DNA of 64,000 nt from the human T2T-CHM13v2.0 reference genome, Homo sapiens. Shown piece by piece: positions 60,131 through 64,000 of this stretch. Where the stretch lies: NCBI RefSeq assembly GCF_009914755.1, contig NC_060930.1; one strand, 5' to 3'. The notes under the pieces were generated by a model that made no database searches, had not been told where the DNA came from, and saw nothing but the letters and a program-made list of their open reading frames with translations. Made by a program: the position numbers and the translations under genes. Numbering within the stretch: the stretch's first letter is position 1; each line of letters opens with the position of its first letter.

Positions 60131-61019
60131 AATGGAATTAGTGGCCCAGATCTTGGTTTGTAATTGTAAAGGACAGTTATTCTATGAAGAGTATATACTT
60201 AAACTAAGAAAAACATTTTTTAAAAAGAGAAAAGTATTGGCTCCTGCTTTGAGAAATAACTATCCTGTGGAATGTGCTGTGTGCCAGCACTCATGCCCAC
60301 ACATACACATGGCACACATGCATGACGAACACACACACACACACATGCACACACCCCACACACTCCTGTATTGGTAACTTGGCTCTTTTCCCAAGTAGAA
60401 TGAGACAGCACACACATTTAGAAATTGTTTTACAAACAAAGAACTAAGTTCCCTAATATTTAAATTATTCCTATGAACACACACTCTGGCTTACAATATG
60501 CAGTTCTGAGTGCCTCTGCTGAGTCTTGGCGCTTGAGTGGAGGCTCTGTTTGATCAAACACCATGTGTTCTGAACTGCATTTTATTTTACAGCTTTCCAA
60601 AGAGCTGTCCAAAATGCCCCCTGCCCCCTGCTTTTCCACAGAGGAACCCCAGCCATCTCAGTGTGTGTCTCCCTCACCCAGCTGACCTGGCCGAAGGCTG
60701 TTCTAGGTGCCAAGAGGACCCTTCTCTCATCGTGGGGAGCACTCGGGGATGGTTGCGTTTCCTGCCTCATCCCATTACTGAGGCTTGCTACTCATCTCCC
60801 TCCGGGGCACTCTCTTACCCGAGTTGAGATACCTCTGCAACTGAGGGGTTGACTCCATGTCATTTAAAATGGACTTTCCAGCTACATTTGTAAAATGTCA
60901 TGATGCTCATAAGAAATAATAAATCTATGCAATTTAGTTGAGAAAAATTTCAACTCAACTCAGAGCCCTGAATGGAAACTGACTCGCTGTAATCAATGCA
61001 TCAGCACTGCTTATCTCAG

Positions 61020-61145
61020 TGCTAACTAATCAACAAATTTTACTGACCAATAAATACCATGAGCCAGGCTTTGTTCCAGGTGCTTAAGGATGCTGGGATA
61101 AATAAGAAAGGCAAGGTGCATGTCCTCCTGAAGCTGATAATTGAG
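61020..61145 (-). mobile_element. L2 3' fragment
   Basis: caacaaattttactga...catgagccaggctttgttccaggtgct...tgtcctcctgaagctgata. Confidence 0.6.
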
Positions 61146-61738
61146 GGATGCAAACTTTGTATTTAGTGTTCAGCATGTTAATCAAGTCTTGCTGTGCTGT
61201 GCTGCTGGGACCCTCTTGGAACCTGGTGCTCGTGCCTCCAGCTGCCACAGTGTTGGTAGCTGACAGTCCTCAGCGAAGCCCCTCTTTGTGTACTGCCTTT
61301 AGTGGAAGAGAATGGCTTAGGTCCAAGGTCTCATCCTCCTCGAGAGGCACCCGAATCCAATGGCCAGCTGTTCGTAATGGTATGATGCAAAGATGCAGTC
61401 CCCACTCATGGCCGGGACTGATTTTTTTCTTAGCCTTGTTCTACAAGTGACCTAATTTCTTTGTTAAGAGAGCAGAAAATAATGACCTTGGTCATTTCTA
61501 AGAAAACAGAATACATAGTGACTTTGGTCATTTCTTAGTCTTGCTCTTTCTTCTGTAAGGATCTACTATTTCCTTGAAATCTGTGTCCTAATTATAAACA
61601 TATGTTTGTAGAATAACCTTTTAAAACTTGGTGTCTCTTTTTCCAACCATATTTGATACTTAATCCAAGTCAGTATTTCAAAGGAGGTCTTCCAAACTAG
61701 AACTTTTTCTTGCTTTTAGAACCATCAAAATAAAAGTT

Positions 61739-62019
61739 GGCCGGGTGCGGTGGCTCACACCTGTAATCCCAGCACTTTGGGAGGCCAAAGTGGGCAGATC
61801 ACTTGAGCTCAGGAGTTTGAGAACAGCCTGACCAACACAGTGAAACCCCGTCTCTACTAAAAATACAAAAAATTAGCTGGGAGTTGTGCTGTATGCCTGA
61901 GAATTGCTTGAACCCAGGAGGCGGACGTTGCAGTGAGGTGAGATTACACCACTGCATGCCAGCCTGGAGTGAGACTCCAGAGTGAGACTCTGTCTCAAAA
62001 ATAAATAAAATAAAATAAA
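61739..62019 (+). mobile_element. AluS with an internal deletion in the right arm
   Basis: atgcct is joined directly to gagaattgcttgaaccc; (AAAAT)n tail. Confidence 0.92.
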
Positions 62020-62229
62020 GCAAATGTTTAATTAATTTAAAATAAATGCTTAAAAAACCAGCATACACAAGGTCCGCATGAGACTCACTGGTGGAATTTG
62101 AGTTTAGCGTACCCCACTTAAAAATATTTCTAGGAGACGATTAAAGGATGTCATTCCTCTTTGTCTGTCACAGGTTTCTATATGCTGCAAGTGACAGACA
62201 AGTCTACTGGAACTGACTTTAAGGGAAAG

Positions 62230-62484
62230 CAGTTGTTCTCAACTTGGGCCTATTTGGCATCCTCGCTCCCCCTCCCCAGGGAACATGTGGCAACGTTTGG
62301 AGCATTTTTGGTTGTCCCAACTGAGGAGGGGGCGCTACTGGCATCCAGTGGCTAGAGGCAGACGTGCTGCTCAACATCCAGCAGTGCACAGGACAGCTGC
62401 TGTGACGAAGAGTGGCCCAGTCCAAATGTCAGAAGAAAGAATGGCCCAGTCCAAATGTCAGTAGAGCTGAGGTCGAGAGGCCTG
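62230..62484. mobile_element. MER20 DNA transposon
   Basis: cagttgttctcaac...catttttggttgtcccaactg...gctactggcatccagtggctagaggc...aaatgtcagtagagctgaggtcgaga. Confidence 0.85.
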
Positions 62485-63229
62485 ATGTGATGGCAGTGGC
62501 AGCTCAGCATCCCTTTCCGAGGAGAAAGGAATTCCCTCCCGGTAGCTTCTCCAAAGGAAGAGCATGTTTCTGGTTTCCCAGAAGGCCCAGCAAATAGCCG
62601 CCCAGCCTCACTGCCTCAGGAGGGTCTTGCTCACTGAAGCCACGCCACAGGGTGATATATGATTTAACTCAGCCATGGCCTGACGCTGGAGCTGGGGAGC
62701 GGGAGGAGGGGGCCCCTAGAAAAAAACCGAGGTAGGCTCTCACCAAAAGAAAAGTGAGTGTATGGGTACTAGCAGAAAGAGAAAGAGAGAGGTTTCCTCT
62801 CCTGACTGCAAAGCAGGGCTTCCGTGGGACTATGCAACAAAATGTCTTTTGCGTGTTTTCTTTGCACAGTCAAGGAAATACTGCAGAACCAAGTGAAAGC
62901 CATGTTATGCCATTGGGATCCGATTGCTCCAGTGCCACCAGACTATGGGCCCCCTGATGGGCAGCCTGAGCTTTCAAGGGGTATCTGGGGCCCAGAGTAA
63001 CCCTGAGTATCCAGAGTAATCCATTGGAACTAGGATGGATGCAGGAGTGCCACACTTCCCAAAGAATCCCTCTGTAGAACCTCAAGTCCTGCATGTGTGT
63101 GAGCCCATGTGTGTCTGTGTGTGTTGGGGTGGTGATGGAGGGAAGTGCTTTGGTTTCACCTAAAACCCCCAAACCTTTAGGATAACAATTAGCAATCTGC
63201 TCTTTCCCTTTTCTATCCAACCCACCCCC

Positions 63230-63430
63230 ATTAGGAATTACTGTACACAGTGAGAAATGATAGTAATAACTAATATCATTGCGTGCTTACTACGTGCCCG
63301 ACACCTTAAATGCAAATGGCCACAAGGCCCCTGTGGCAAACATATTTTTATTCCCTTAGAAGGTGAGACAACTGAAACCGAAAGTGGTTATCTGAGACTA
63401 GTGCGTGGCTCAAGGGAATGGCGTGGAGGC
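63230..63430 (-). mobile_element. MIR fragment
   Basis: aataactaatatcattgcgtgcttactacgtgcc...aggtgagacaactga. Confidence 0.6.
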
Positions 63431-64000
63431 AGAGAAGACATGGTGAATTGTTGCTCTAAATCAGATTAGATCACTGTGGCTCACAAACACGGTCCTGCTC
63501 TAATGAAGCTCTGTCTGGATGTGTCCTGCTTCAGTTAAGGATGTAGAAGGGGACATGTGGCCTGCCACTCTCAGACTGGGGCTCCAAGAGCCAGCACCAG
63601 CACGTGATCTGCCTGCCCCCTCTGCCTCCTCCACAACGACTACCAGCATGGTGATATTCCAGAGAAAGCTGCGCCATCAGTCAACCTGCATCCCAGGGGC
63701 CTCAGGGGCAGAGCAAGAGCAGACCTGAAATGGATAAGAACTGTGGGCAAGTGAAGAGTCTTTGGTAGAGGAAACTGCTGAGATCTTGCAGCTGTTTGCC
63801 ATCCTAGAAGAGTGTAGTTATGCTGATAGATTCAGGGGACCTTGGGACTTTTGGCCTTAAAGATTTGGGTCCCTAGAGTTCGCAGCTGAGAGGAGTGCAT
63901 GGCAGAGTCTCCTTTGGTGCGCTGTTGTGCTAGCCATGGGACCCGTGTGCAGAGGATTTACAATGAAGCAGTGGTCGGGTGGGTCCCACCTTCCCACACC

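Noticed and set aside
59942-60377. Lys/Glu/Arg-rich ORFs
   Set aside because: Translation of the (GGAA)n Alu tail and (CA)n sequence.

Overview
Primate genomic DNA, most likely human or another catarrhine (AluY, LTR2, THE1 and MADE1 are present). It is intergenic or deep-intronic and dominated by transposable elements. I see no credible host protein-coding exon, RNA gene or CpG island. From left to right: (1) the 3' end of a HERV-L provirus (dUTPase relic plus MLT2A LTR); (2) a nested LTR-element stack centred on a 7.7-kb minus-strand Harlequin-type provirus (two LTR2, perfect tRNA-Glu PBS, CTTC target-site duplication, no gag, two unrelated env relics) that splits a MER21 LTR; (3) an old minus-strand L1 carrying a full-length MST MaLR; (4) a plus-strand L1MA-type element carrying a MER4 fragment and a full-length HMGN2 retrocopy whose ORF is kept open by compensating frameshifts; (5) a MADE1 hairpin; (6) a MER31-type LTR with gag/pro relics; (7) many Alus and a repeat-poor stretch near 47-50 kb. 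I found no convincing novel biological system. The best leads are the open HMGN2 retrocopy ORF, the mosaic provirus, a dUTPase-like relic in MER21-int, and several repair or insertion scars. Subfamily names come from recalled consensus sequences, not database searches, and boundaries of old elements are approximate.
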